A stretch of 64,000 bases of DNA from Cyanophora paradoxa CCMP329 (GCA_004431415.1 QPMI01000452.1:319769-383768); one strand, 5' to 3'. Positions 24,317 to 35,061 are shown, counted from the stretch's first letter. Numbers and translations: made by a program. The notes: generated from the sequence alone by a model not told the origin.

Positions 24317-25195
24317 TTATGCGAACGATCTGTCGAAGGGGACGTACTCGCTGGCTGCATTCTTGATTGCGGATTTAGCAGCAGCAGACGTGTAAGAGAC
24401 ATCCTCGATATCGAACTCTAGCACGAACGAGAACTCCGTGTTTGTGACAGCGTCTGTTCCATTATGATAGCGCAGCGATATGTCAAGTTCAGACAGCTCA
24501 GCGTTTCGATCGAAGCCTGTGACGGGAACACGATCCTCAGATGTGAACTTGATGAGCTCCCCGAATTTTGAGTCGATGTGAATCTTTGCGATCGAGCCCG
24601 TTGTATAGGGGTTAAGTGTCAAGATCGGGCCTTTGATCTGCTGAATGTACAGGAACAAATACGTGTGATAAAGTAGATCAACTGGCATATCGCTGAACAG
24701 CTCGTACGAATATTGTACGCCATCGATTGTCTCAGGTGTGTCAAGCTCACTGGAAAGGTCACTGAGAGTCTTCGCAAACCCGAGCAGGTTCGCTAGTTCG
24801 GCCGATGTGAAGCTCAAAATAAAGTCCGCTTCACACAGGAACCTAAGCCGCATTGAGATCTCTTCGAACTGAACGACGAACTTGCGCTGATAAGTAGTTC
24901 CACCGTAACTATACTGCTGGGTTTTAAGCAGCGTACTTAGATAGTTTGCAAGGGAGGTTGGCGTATAGACTCCGGGCTTGAAAGTGTTGGCACGCGTTTT
25001 CTCAATGCCAGAGGGATCAAGGGTGCCAGTTATAATTGCAGCTTGTGTGGACAGGTTGAACATGTTATGGAAGAGCTCCAGCGAATCGACTCGCACCGAC
25101 TTCACATTAACGAGGGGCCTTGGGAGATTGATCTTGAAATTCGAGGACGTGCCTTCGAACCGGTCCCTAGAATCGACATTTACGCGGAGCTTCAT
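24317..25195 (-). CDS. Minor capsid (penton-like) protein
   Basis: VNVDSRDR...FKINLPRPLVNVKSVRVDSLELFHN N-terminus, YLFLYI, and LDISLRYHNG...FSFVLEF C-terminus typical of PLV/NCLDV single jelly-roll mCP. Adjacent to MCP. Confidence 0.8.
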   Translation of the reverse strand: MKLRVNVDSRDRFEGTSSNFKINLPRPLVNVKSVRVDSLELFHNMFNLSTQAAIITGTLDPSGIEKTRANTFKPGVYTPTSLANYLSTLLKTQQYSYGGTTYQRKFVVQFEEISMRLRFLCEADFILSFTSAELANLLGFAKTLSDLSSELDTPETIDGVQYSYELFSDMPVDLLYHTYLFLYIQQIKGPILTLNPYTTGSIAKIHIDSKFGELIKFTSEDRVPVTGFDRNAELSELDISLRYHNGTDAVTNTEFSFVLEFDIEDVSYTSAAAKSAIKNAASEYVPFDRSFA

Positions 25196-25239
25196 CTTTA
25201 CAACAATATGCATGAAAATTTTCTGGTCTATAATAGCAA

Positions 25240-26469
25240 ATGGCGCAAGCAGGAACAACTCTAAAGGAGCTCCTCACTACCAAAGGTTCAAGCGAGCTTT
25301 ATCTATCCCCAGGTCTCACCGTCGGTGTCAGCCCCAAGTTCAAACCTTTCCTTGAAACGATCCGTCCGCGAGGCAACTCGTACGGCTTTGCGCAGACTGC
25401 CGCTTTCGACCTTCCCCGCAAGCAGCTTCTAAACGGTGTCTCACTATACTTCAAGGTCAGTGTCGCTGGCGGAGCTGCCGCCTCGGTGCTGCCGAATGGT
25501 GCTGGTGCCTTTATTGAAAATGTACGGTTTGTGCACGGCAGTTTCAAGATGGTGATCCCTGGAGACTGGCTCACTGTGAACGCGCTCATTGATAATAGCG
25601 TTGCATCCGCCCAGGCTTTTGCTAGCAGCTACGGCTTTGGAAAGGACGCGGCTCTTGAGATTCTCGATGCCAGTCGCGAGTACGTGCTAAAGATCCCCTC
25701 CCAGCTCTGGGACAATTCGTACTTCCCGCTGCTCGCGCTGGCTGACATGCCCACCGTCGAAATTGACTTCCGTTCGGCTTCGGTGGTTGGAACTGTTGCA
25801 AGTGCTGTCGCGACTCTCACGGATTGTGCACTCGTCTGCCAGTTCGTGAACATCCCTAGCGAGGAGGCCGAGGCGATGCTAAAATCCGCAAACGAGAGCG
25901 GAGGTATTCGAATTCCCTTCACCGAGATCATCTCGAAGCGCTCACGCCAGCTTAAGACGGACGACGCAGGAAACGCGGTCGAGATCTCCCTTGCCAACGT
26001 CAGCGGCCTTGTGCATGCGATCCTGATGACAGTGCGAAATGCGAATCACCTGGGCACTCGCAATCATAATTTATTTGCTGGCAATGGTAACGCTTTGAAG
26101 ATTGATTCGTTTGAGATCATGCACAATAATCGTACTCTCGACATCAGCAATAAGCCAATCTCTGGGTTCGTTTCAAGCTGCTACCACATCCCCACTCAGT
26201 ACCGCGGTGCAACCACTGGCAATTCAGCCCTTGGCTTCGAGGACGGTAACGTCTACGGGATTGTGCTTTCGAAATCTGGCAAAGACTCGCTGCATAATGC
26301 TGTCCTCGGATACACAGACTTCTTTAATTCCAGCAGCAGCTACTGCTCACTTACTGTAACCGGCTGCACAAACTCAGCTCCCGCTGTCGTTGATTTCCAC
26401 GTTCTTCGACACAATGTTCTCGTAATTAACTCGTATCAAATGTCAACTCTAAAAGTAAGTAACTTCTAA
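25240..26469 (+). CDS. Major capsid protein (double jelly-roll)
   Basis: 409 aa with GF...AAFDLPRKQLLNGVSLYF and FPLLAL...VEIDFR motifs. Lies between mCP and the packaging ATPase. Homologs at 41952 and 55983. Confidence 0.85.
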   Translation: MAQAGTTLKELLTTKGSSELYLSPGLTVGVSPKFKPFLETIRPRGNSYGFAQTAAFDLPRKQLLNGVSLYFKVSVAGGAAASVLPNGAGAFIENVRFVHGSFKMVIPGDWLTVNALIDNSVASAQAFASSYGFGKDAALEILDASREYVLKIPSQLWDNSYFPLLALADMPTVEIDFRSASVVGTVASAVATLTDCALVCQFVNIPSEEAEAMLKSANESGGIRIPFTEIISKRSRQLKTDDAGNAVEISLANVSGLVHAILMTVRNANHLGTRNHNLFAGNGNALKIDSFEIMHNNRTLDISNKPISGFVSSCYHIPTQYRGATTGNSALGFEDGNVYGIVLSKSGKDSLHNAVLGYTDFFNSSSSYCSLTVTGCTNSAPAVVDFHVLRHNVLVINSYQMSTLKVSNF

Positions 26470-27174
26470 ATGGACATCAAATTGTTTGATCCTACAGAAA
26501 TAAAATTGCCTAAGCGCTTCCTGTTTGTCGGTCCAACAAACTCGGGCAAGAGCACCTACGTAAAACACGTGCTAAATGCAGTAGCTCCACAGTTAGACGA
26601 CGTCTTCGTTTTTAGTACCACCGCATTTACAGAGCAGTGGAACGACACGACTCGCTCAAGCAATATCCAGGAAGAATGGGATCCAGTTTTGGTTGAGAGC
26701 CTTCTAGAGCGTCAAAAAGAAAGGCGACGCAAGAAAGATGAGCGCAAGATCGCAATCGTGCTCGACGACCTTTTAGACAATGACCTTGTGAACGTCCACA
26801 GCGACCGATTAATGCAAAAGCTTTTTACTAGTGGGCGTCATTATAACATCAGCCTTTTCATAACCACTCAACGTCTTTGTGGAATCAGCCCTACAATTCG
26901 AAGGAATTGTGAGTACGTCTGTTTCTCGTCAATTCTCTCAAACGTTAAAGAGTTCAACTGTGTTTTCGACGAATACAACGCCGGAGCGATTCGAGCAGAT
27001 CTAATGCGTCTTTTCGTTGAATTGAATCATTCGTATCAGGTTTTGATATATGAAGCTGCGACCGCGGACCGCGTTTATTCTGTTGACAAATCGTCTGGAG
27101 TGACTTCGGCTCTATCAAAGTTTTTACACGTAAGAAAGCAGCGCGATCAAAAGCCGGTAGCCAAGCCTGTCTAA
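26470..27174 (+). CDS. A32/FtsK-like DNA packaging ATPase
   Basis: Walker A GPTNSGKS, Walker B IVLDD, GRHYNISLFITTQ, IRRN. Confidence 0.92.
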   Translation: MDIKLFDPTEIKLPKRFLFVGPTNSGKSTYVKHVLNAVAPQLDDVFVFSTTAFTEQWNDTTRSSNIQEEWDPVLVESLLERQKERRRKKDERKIAIVLDDLLDNDLVNVHSDRLMQKLFTSGRHYNISLFITTQRLCGISPTIRRNCEYVCFSSILSNVKEFNCVFDEYNAGAIRADLMRLFVELNHSYQVLIYEAATADRVYSVDKSSGVTSALSKFLHVRKQRDQKPVAKPV

Positions 27175-27337
27175 GCAACCAAGCAGTATAATCTGGTTTT
27201 GCTGATGCAATCCACAGGAACGATGTGCCCTTGTAAATGCCGAACGAAATCAGATGATCAGGCGATTCGTGAGTTCTTCCAGGCCAGCAGTCTTCGAGAT
27301 TAAACTCTTCCTCTACCGTTTCGAATTCGAGTTCCAT
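26954..27337 (-). CDS. Small protein with FGxYKG...PDYxxWL motif (DUF3820/ExoX C-terminal-like)
   Basis: ISFGIYKGTSFLWIASAKPDYTAWLL. Confidence 0.6.
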   Translation of the reverse strand: MELEFETVEEEFNLEDCWPGRTHESPDHLISFGIYKGTSFLWIASAKPDYTAWLLRQAWLPAFDRAAFLRVKTLIEPKSLQTICQQNKRGPRSQLHISKPDTNDSIQRKDALDLLESLRRCIRRKHS

Positions 27338-27454
27338 TAAAAAAATAGTCGGCTTTCGTTACATCTACAGATCGCATTATCGTTTAGTCAAAAAGTCGCG
27401 CTAATTTGTCTTAAAAGGATTTATGTCTCTTATTATTGAGAGACAAACCGAACA

Positions 27455-27799
27455 ATGACTTCTGCAATTACTGCGGATTGCGTTGCGGTTAAACGTGGCC
27501 GTGGGCGACCTCCTAAGGTTCGTCTTTTAACAATGGAGCCTTATCAGCCGAAGAAGAAGGGTCCTAAACCGATCGAGGTCACCCCGGAGATTTTAGCAGA
27601 GCGACGCAGGAAGAATGCTGAACGCAATCGCAAACTGCGCCACACGAACGAAACATACCGTTTGAAACAGCTTGCCATCACAGCGAAGTATCGAGCTGAG
27701 AATCCTGATAGGATCCGTGAGTACCACAGGAATGCTATTGCGCGTAGATGCCTCGCGAAGAGCGGAGCTTCTGTAGAGCTCGAGGTGATGCAGCTTTAG
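27455..27799 (+). CDS. AT-hook basic DNA-binding protein
   Basis: KRGRGRPPK followed by a basic helix. Confidence 0.65.
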   Translation: MTSAITADCVAVKRGRGRPPKVRLLTMEPYQPKKKGPKPIEVTPEILAERRRKNAERNRKLRHTNETYRLKQLAITAKYRAENPDRIREYHRNAIARRCLAKSGASVELEVMQL

Positions 27800-28882
27800 C
27801 ACCTGCTCGTAGCTTTGGCTCCCCTGCAATCTCAAGCTTCTTGAGCTCTCGATACTGCCGGCTTTGACCGCTGTATTTTTTCGTTTCGATCAAACCCTCA
27901 CGTCTCAATCGTCTCTGCTGTCGCATTTGCACTTCTTCTTTTTCGATTCGTGTTTGAGGTGCAAGTCGCAGGCCAGGAGCCGCTTGCGCTCCGCGCTCAC
28001 GCGGTTGACGTATTTCCGATGGTTTAACACGTCTAGAAATTTCCACACCCTGTTTCGTAACGAGTCGAACACGGTTCTTATCAGCGCCAGCAACTATGTA
28101 CGTCTCCTTGCTTGGCTTTGTGGTTCCCTTCGCAAAAACGCTTGGCTTTGGCTCCAGGACTTGCACTTCGGTCCCTGTGCGCGGTATGTTCGAATTGTCT
28201 CGTTCAATATCGTTCTGTCGCTGTCTAACTTGATGCAGCTGCTCGGCTACCTGTGTATTTTCCCGCATCCACTTTGGTGAGTGCTCCCCGCCGAAAGAGC
28301 TGTGGGCTGTTTCATTGTACGCCCTGACAATTGCCGGCAAACGTGAGAGGAAATGCGGGGAGCCACGTGCTTCTGTATCAGCCTGAATCAGTGCTCGCAA
28401 TGTCCTCGCGAACCTGTCGATAATTCCCAGCTTGGAGCCTTTTGAAATGTGATCATCCTTAGCCACATCAGTGTGCATTTTCAACGAGTTCTCTTCAGCC
28501 ATTTCCCGAATTGCCGCTGTGTTGAAGCCGTTGTCTCCTGAAAAGCCCCATATTCCAGGTAGCTGCTCGATCATTTTTGGAAGCTGCTTAAAAGTCTCGA
28601 GCTTACGGACCACAGCGAAACGGGTTGCAATCTCGACCGCTGCGAACAGGCGAAATCTCCCAATGAACAGCACGTCAATTTGCCACGCACCCGGTGGCGC
28701 AGTAATCTGGTACATCTTTGTAAATCAGGCGCGATTTTTATAATGTCCAATCGCTCGGGTGTTGATCCCGTCAGTCTCGAGGAAGCGTTTGGTATCAAGG
28801 GGATGGAGAGCCTGGCGCGAGGTTCGTTGTAAATAAATCTCATGGCGTTTCGAGCGGAAACCGAGAATTCCTTTGATGTCAT
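27735..28882 (-). CDS. rve (retroviral-type DDE) integrase, N-terminus frameshifted
   Basis: WQIDVLF, SGDNGF, IIDRFARTLR, YNETAHSS. Probable start MTSKEF...IYNEP at 28882. Confidence 0.85.
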
Positions 28883-28925
28883 ACGATTGCTTTTCTCCCT
28901 CTTTAGGACAGACGCACCGAAGGAA

Positions 28926-28998
28926 ACACATATGAATATTCATATTTTAATCCCTCGGCGTTCCGCCTCAGGATTAAAATATGAATATTCATATGTGT
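28926..28998. other. 73-nt terminal hairpin (left)
   Basis: 28-bp perfect stem ACACATATGAATATTCATATTTTAATCC, a 3x3 internal loop, and a GGCG-TTC-CGCC cap. Confidence 0.93.
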
Positions 28999-29246
28999 GA
29001 TTCGATGTTATATCAATAAAATCGATTAATTTATTTGAATTTTCACATGAATTTTCATATTTGTAAATGCATTTTCAATTAATTTAATCGATGTTATATC
29101 GATAAACTCGATTAATCGATATTGTATCTTAATTGTAGTTAATCGGAATTATATCAATAACTTCGATTGATCTTAATTGAATCCTAAATGAATCTAATCG
29201 GAATTATATCAATAAATTCGATTAAATCATGTTCTTTTCCGATTAA

Positions 29247-29451
29247 TAGCGGTGTGGTTATCATACACGCTTTCCGATGCATGCCTTCCGTGTTCGAATC
29301 GCCCTGCGATGAGAATCACGCCTTCAAATCCCGCCCGTTCCACATAATTCCGATCGATCATGCCCCACCTTGCCTGTATACGCCCCCACAGTGCTGGAGT
29401 AGACTAGAGGCTGTGGCCGGTAATTCACCAAAAAAAAAAAAAAAAAAAAAA
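29247..29451 (+). mobile_element. tRNA-derived SINE-like retroposon with poly(A) tail and 11-bp TSD
   Basis: Absent from the right TIR. TSD TTTCCGATTAA at 29236-29246 and 29452-29462, with an A22 tail. A-box-like TAGCGGTGTGG at 29247 and B-box GTTCGAATC at 29292 are 45 nt apart, as in tRNA. Confidence 0.85.
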
Positions 29452-30205
29452 TTTCCGATTAAATCAAATAAATATTTAACTTTGTTATCATAAGTGGTCT
29501 AAGTTGACTCACTTTTCATAAACATTTTGAACTCTTAGTCTCTTTGAATTTCTTAAGATGACTCAACTTAGTCAACTTAGTCCACTTTGTTACCATAATC
29601 AATCAGGGTGGACTCACTTTTAGATCAACTTTGAAATTTCAAGCAAAATCAACTTGGATTTCAAAAGTGGATCTTCTAAGTGGACTCAAAATGTTCACTT
29701 TGTGATACATGTTAGCTCAAATCCTTACTGTTTATGGTCAGGGTTGACTAAGTGGGGGGAGTTGACACATTTTTTCAAATCCTTTTTAGAAAACTTTAGG
29801 TCCCAAATATTTCCTGTGAAATTTGAGTCAACTCAACCCACTTAGTCAACCCTTGCATTGAATTCGTAACAAAATCCATATACTTTTACTACTTTTACGA
29901 TTAATATGAGTCAACCTTGAGTCCACTTAAATATAAATATAATATAATAGGGGGAATGAAGGGGAGATGCTGAGTTTTATTGTAAGGAAATCGAATTGTA
30001 TTCGAAATACTTGACATTGCTTAATGTAGGGTGCATTCATATTTCGGCTACATCATACAGTAGAATTCTATTGTAACAAAAGCTACTGTATAAAGAAAAT
30101 CATTGTAGAAAGCTATTGTAGGTAAATGATATATTATATCCTTTTGTAACGATTGCTATTGTAATAAAAAAGGTAAATCACCCTGATCATCATTATAGAA
30201 ACTCA

Positions 30206-30604
30206 TCAAAACGGGAATCTATCATGTTTATGTCTCTCAGTCTTCTCAAATGTGAGGAAATTCATTGTTTTATCGATCTCATCTGCAACTGATTGTGTTT
30301 TATGCTGAGCTTCTTTACCACAACTGAATATATCAATTGCTAACATGCCTTCATTGGAATAACAATGAGCTGTACAATGGCTTTCATCTAATAGCAGAAC
30401 CAATGCAAAACCAGGAGGTGATAGTTTCCCATCAAATATCTCACAGTGTTTATGAACAATCCTAATACCTTGTCTCAATATTGCTTGTTCAAGGGTTCTC
30501 ATAATCCAATTACCAAGAAAGCTAACATGCTCATAACCTGTTGCTATAGCTGTTTTAGCCTTGTAATCAAGCATTACATGAAAGCCTCTGTATTTAGTCT
30601 CCAT
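30206..30604 (-). CDS. speD: S-adenosylmethionine decarboxylase proenzyme (short prokaryotic class)
   Basis: GFHVMLD...PPGFALVLLLDESHCTAHCY...LAIDIFSCG, containing the E-SH autocleavage site and catalytic Cys. Confidence 0.9.
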   Translation of the reverse strand: METKYRGFHVMLDYKAKTAIATGYEHVSFLGNWIMRTLEQAILRQGIRIVHKHCEIFDGKLSPPGFALVLLLDESHCTAHCYSNEGMLAIDIFSCGKEAQHKTQSVADEIDKTMNFLTFEKTERHKHDRFPF

Positions 30605-30633
30605 TAAGAATACCTTAGAAAAATTAATTAATC

Positions 30634-30906
30634 CTAATCGAACCTAATGCAAATATCCCTGTACTCTACTTTGATTGATGAAGTAGCCCTTTTCCTGTAA
30701 GCCTGAGAATGCTTTTTGTTGCATTCCCTACAACCTGATCCCTTCACATGATTAAAGGGATATGTAAGGATCACCTTGTTACACTGCAAACATCTCACAG
30801 ATACTTTCTCTTGAGCTTTGATGTAATGTGTCTCACTGTAATCGAATTTATCTTTACCATGAACTGTCATAGCAGCATCAATAAACTTTTTTGTTTTACT
30901 ATCCAT
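30634..30906 (-). CDS. Zinc-ribbon protein (DUF723/homing-endonuclease-associated repeat type)
   Basis: FIDAAMTVHGKDKFDYS...KVSVRC..C...NHVKGSGCREC. Confidence 0.7.
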   Translation of the reverse strand: MDSKTKKFIDAAMTVHGKDKFDYSETHYIKAQEKVSVRCLQCNKVILTYPFNHVKGSGCRECNKKHSQAYRKRATSSIKVEYRDICIRFD

Positions 30907-30928
30907 ACTCTATATATAACCAATATTC

Positions 30929-31759
30929 TTATGGAGCAGTATCCTGCCCAAAAATGGGGAAATATCGATTTGTCCCATAGTATTCAGCATAGGTATTCTG
31001 CTTTGCAATAAAATCGGTTCTCTCAGCATATAATACACACTTGTAGATACCAAACTTGGTGGCTCTAACCAGAAACTGATAATCTTCCAAACCAAAATTG
31101 ACTCCATGATAAGCAATTCCGAAATTATCATATGGGGTGATCACAACAGCAAAATTAGGAGTTCCACCCTCTACTTGACAAAGAGCATAAACATCTGGTG
31201 GGATATCCACAACTACCTTGTAGTGGTCACCAATTTCAACAAGAGAGTCTACTACTGCTGTTTGTTCATTTACAACAATGGGGAATATTTTTATTATATA
31301 GGGGCATTCATGCTGGGACATAGGTTCGAATTCTTGTGTTGGGATCAATGGATTGGGTTGATCATTCACAAATAAAGGCGCTCCAACAGCCCCACCAACC
31401 CTAAGACCATCCCCAATATATGCTCCCCCCGATTTGCAGTTAATAGCTCCCGACCTAGATTCAAAAGAATAAGTAGACAGAGGATCTCCATAGCTATCTG
31501 GGTCTCCATAATGAGCAGAAAAGTTTGCATTTGTGACAAGTAGCTTAGTTGTCTTAACTATTCCATTATTTTTATCACATCTGAGTTCCTGTAATCTCAG
31601 TTTGTGGGTGGAACCAAAGGTGTTCATTGTAGGTTGGACCTCTGTGGATTGGAGACCCTCTACATCATCAAAGGTAGCATGCTGTAAAACATGGTTTGCT
31701 GGGGCAGCTAATGATAGTTGAGGTGTAATAATTCGTTCAAGTGGGGGTTGCTCAGCCAT
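30929..31759 (-). CDS. Putative virion fibre/decoration protein, paralog 1
   Basis: ELRCDKNNGIVKTT and KSGGAYIGDG motifs shared with three neighbouring genes. Confidence 0.6.
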   Translation of the reverse strand: MAEQPPLERIITPQLSLAAPANHVLQHATFDDVEGLQSTEVQPTMNTFGSTHKLRLQELRCDKNNGIVKTTKLLVTNANFSAHYGDPDSYGDPLSTYSFESRSGAINCKSGGAYIGDGLRVGGAVGAPLFVNDQPNPLIPTQEFEPMSQHECPYIIKIFPIVVNEQTAVVDSLVEIGDHYKVVVDIPPDVYALCQVEGGTPNFAVVITPYDNFGIAYHGVNFGLEDYQFLVRATKFGIYKCVLYAERTDFIAKQNTYAEYYGTNRYFPIFGQDTAP

Positions 31760-31782
31760 TTTACATTAAAGGGATATATCTT

Positions 31783-32627
31783 TTATGGGGTTGGGTCATC
31801 AATTACATCTGGCTCCATGTAAAACCCTGTAACTGAAAGAGTATCAGGAGTTACACCTCTAAGAGCTGATACAGCGGCTATATCTGTTCTCAAACCGATA
31901 AGAGTTATAGTATATAACCCAATATCAGTAACAAACAAGTCAAAGGTGAAATTATTATTATAAACACAGTAGCCATAACCGAAATGATTATATCCCTGAA
32001 CATTGAAATAGTATCTATGACCTACTTGATTGTTGTTGGCTCTACAAAGGGAAAGCATTGCAGATGGAATCGCAAGACCTCTCAGTACTCTTTTGGTTCC
32101 TTCAATTAATTCCGAGTTTTCAAGAGTAACAGTATATCCAATGTAAAATTGAATTAATGGCTGCTGTGCAACAGGAGTATATAATCGAATTCGTTGGGGT
32201 CTTCTACATTTTGCTCTAGAGTATCTGGGACATCATTATACGAAATTGAGGATGAAAGCTGACCTGAAATTCGACAGCCACCCCCAATAAATGCTCCTCC
32301 TGATCTCACAGTAACAGCAGCAGAATTCTTATCGAAATCAAGGGCTTTCAGATCAACACTGTAAGCATCAGGACCTCCATTGGTAGGCTGGAAAAAGTTA
32401 GCATTTGTGACAAGAAGTCGAGTTGTTTTAACCACACCAGAATTCTTATCAGCTCTCAGCTCTTTAACTCGAATAATCGAATTTTTATCAAAGGAGTTGC
32501 CATTGGAATTGGGTCTCTCTGTGGATTCTAAACCACGAACCTCATCATTTACTTCATGCTGGCGAAAATGCATTGCAGGGGATCCAAGGGAATATATAGG
32601 CAGTTGAACTCGATTATATTCACCCAT
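31783..32627 (-). CDS. Putative fibre protein, paralog 2 (frameshifted)
   Basis: ELRADKNSGVVKTT and RSGGAFIGGG. ORFs 32154-32666 plus 31783-32058. Confidence 0.55.
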
Positions 32628-32662
32628 TGCTTCTTTTACTAAGAAGGAAAGAAAAATAATGT

Positions 32663-32929
32663 TCATTGTTCTTCTGTGACATAATTATATTCGATACCTT
32701 TCTTTACAGTTCCCCTTTGGAATGCCTGTAAAACGATGGCTTCCTTTGAGGTTGGTATTTGAATTCCTGATGCAATGCAAGACTGGATCTCTTTCTGAAC
32801 AATATCATCAATTGCAATTCTTGCCCTGTTATGAACCACATTATCAATCCAATCCTGAACAGAAGCTGCACAGAATTCCATTCCCAGCTTCTCAGTATCT
32901 GAGAGAACTACTTGGTAGATATTCGACAT
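32663..32929 (-). CDS. Small phage-like protein downstream of a C1q-type fibre (possible fibre chaperone)
   Basis: QDWIDNVVHNRARIAIDDIV...IVLQAF..G.VK resembles, from recall, small proteins next to tail-fibre genes in marine phages. Confidence 0.5.
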   Translation of the reverse strand: MSNIYQVVLSDTEKLGMEFCAASVQDWIDNVVHNRARIAIDDIVQKEIQSCIASGIQIPTSKEAIVLQAFQRGTVKKGIEYNYVTEEQ

Positions 32930-32951
32930 TCCTACTTTATAAAGAGAAAAT

Positions 32952-33969
32952 TTATGTGACACTCAAAAGTTCACCTGTGAATGTTGTTCGATTTGTGTAG
33001 CTACCCCCATTATTTGTTACAAGTGTTATATACTCACCCATAGCAATGTTAAGAATTACACTAATGTAAAGCGGTTTATTCGTAAGAGTTGAGTCATTTT
33101 GTGTTATGATACTTTGACCCCCTGGGTCTTGGTCATTTACTTTTAAAGAGAGACTTATTGGACTACTTGAAGTTGAATGGGTATATGCTGTAAATCTGTA
33201 ATGACCTGCAACAGGAGCAGTGAACCTTCCATTACTGACATTGAATGCCCCCTATTATTCACAAACACTACTCCCAATTGATAAGAGCAGTTTCACTGGT
33301 AGCAACATGAGGATAATTAAGTTGAACAGAAAATCGAGGCTGATAGTCATATTTTAAATAACAATTTGTGTTGATTGTCAAGCGATTGGCTTCCAGAGTA
33401 GCCATAATATCACTGTTGCGTTTCAAAACAAGATTCACATTTGCTCCTGTATCGATTTCAGGTGTGACCACCTTGGAAGTTGCTGTTATTATCGATTGTG
33501 TTGTTTCTGGAATACTTATGCCTCCATTGGCTGTTACTGAACCTGTAAATGTGCTTGTTCCTGTAATGTTTACTTGATTGGCTGTTAGAGTTCCATCAAT
33601 CCTTGCCCCATCTCCAATATATGCCCCTCCACTTCTAACTGAAAGAGCAGCATTATTAATTGTATTATCAAAAGTAACTATTTGGGTGTGGTGAACCCTC
33701 CACATTGTCATAAATTGCTGTATCTGAAACAATTTGACCTGATTGGACTTGGTTCTTGTTAGATACAATGAGTCCTGTGGTTCTTATTTTTCCCCCATTG
33801 CGATCACATCGAATTTCTTTGCATCTAATCACAGAATTTTGTGAAAACGAATCAGCCCCTGTTGTTTCTGTGCAAATAAACCCAGGTGTTGCATCTGTTA
33901 CTGTATGGTTCAGTTGATGTATTTTTGGGCGGCATAACAGAAAACAGGAACTGCTATTTGTGTGGACAT
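32952..33969 (-). CDS. Fibre paralog 3 with C-terminal C1q/TNF-like domain (frameshifted)
   Basis: EIRCDRNGGKIRTT, RSGGAYIGDG, and C-terminal FNVSNGRFTAPVAGHYRF. Confidence 0.65.
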
Positions 33970-33991
33970 TCTTTATATTATACAGATAATA

Positions 33992-35061
33992 TTATGTAGC
34001 AGTAACAAGATAACAAGAAAAATAGTATCTGATATCAAATTGAAGACTGGCTCCAGAAGAATTGCGTATATCAAAGGAGTCACCTTCAATAACAGAAAGT
34101 AAAATTTCATATGAAATTGGAGTTACAAATGTATTAGAAATCCCTGCGGACGGCATTGAAACCCTTGTTTGGATGGTTGTAGGATTTCCATTTAAATAAA
34201 TGCTGGTAGCAATATGAGTATAAGAGGTTGTGCCAGCTCTCATACATGCAAAGAACACCCTATATACTCCGGAAACAGGAGCTGTAAATTTTGTGGATGA
34301 AAAGTTTCCTTCATTGTTTACAAGATAAGCTCCATTTATAAAGTTAAAGGGTGTTCCAGCTGTAAGTATTATGGACCCTGTCAAACCAGGAGCTTGTCTT
34401 GATATATTCATTCTTGGACAATAGGATCGTTTCAGACCACTATTTTCCGGGATTGTGATTGCTTTCAGATCTGTTATTGTCTTTTCGAGAGTGAAAATGG
34501 TATTTCCGTTTCGTTTATAATTCACATTTGCATCTGTCCCATTATCCATCTCAGGTGCATTAACTCTTGTTGTAGCTTTTCGAGTTTCAACGCTAACATT
34601 TCCAAGAGTCCACCATTGAAGGTCATCAATCCTGTAAATGAACTTGTCCCATTCACATTTAATTGATTCGCTGTTACAGTCCCTGCAACATTTGCCCCAT
34701 CTCCAATGTATGCTCCTCCACTCTTGACAACAAGAGCCGAATTATTTATTGTGTTATCGAAAGTTACTATCTTTGCTGTGGTGAATCCACCCACATTATC
34801 ATACACTGCTGAATCTGGGACTACTTGACCTGCTTGAACTTGATTTTTATTCGAGATAATAATTCCTGTGGTTCTTATCTTGCCTCCATTTCGATCACAT
34901 CGAATTTCTTTGACTCTGAGTATATTATTCTCTGTGAAAGAGGTATTACTTGAAGTTTCAGTGCAAATATACCCAGGTGTTGAATCAACTACTCCATGAG
35001 AGGTGCTATGAAGTGATTTGGCTGCAAGTTCATAGTTTGGGATTTCTAATAGAGAGGTCAT
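33992..35061 (-). CDS. Fibre paralog 4 with C-terminal C1q/TNF-like domain (frameshifted)
   Basis: EIRCDRNGGKIRTT, KSGGAYIGDG, KFTAPVSGVYRVFF. Confidence 0.65.

Larger units (their letters stand above)
21963..28925. mobile_element. EVE-1: endogenous Polinton-like virus (type A), cut on the right by EVE-2
   Basis: GC drops and introns disappear. Carries mCP, MCP, A32-like ATPase and rve integrase. The left boundary is inferred from loss of homology to host repeat copies. Confidence 0.85.
28926..29971 (+). repeat. Left TIR of EVE-2 (830 bp plus 216-bp SINE and TSD)
   Basis: Reverse complement of 54778-55607 with roughly a dozen mismatches. Starts ACACATATG. Confidence 0.95.

Noticed and set aside
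29247-29320. Functional tRNA gene
   Set aside because: The acceptor and anticodon stems do not pair properly. The poly(A) tail and TSD indicate a SINE.
29654-29845. 63-aa ORF repeated at 54904-55095
   Set aside because: It lies in the iteron-rich TIR, has a TTG start, and is duplicated only because of the TIR.
30929-35061. Diversity-generating retroelement acting on fibre tips
   Set aside because: No reverse transcriptase and no template/variable repeat pair differing at adenines were seen.
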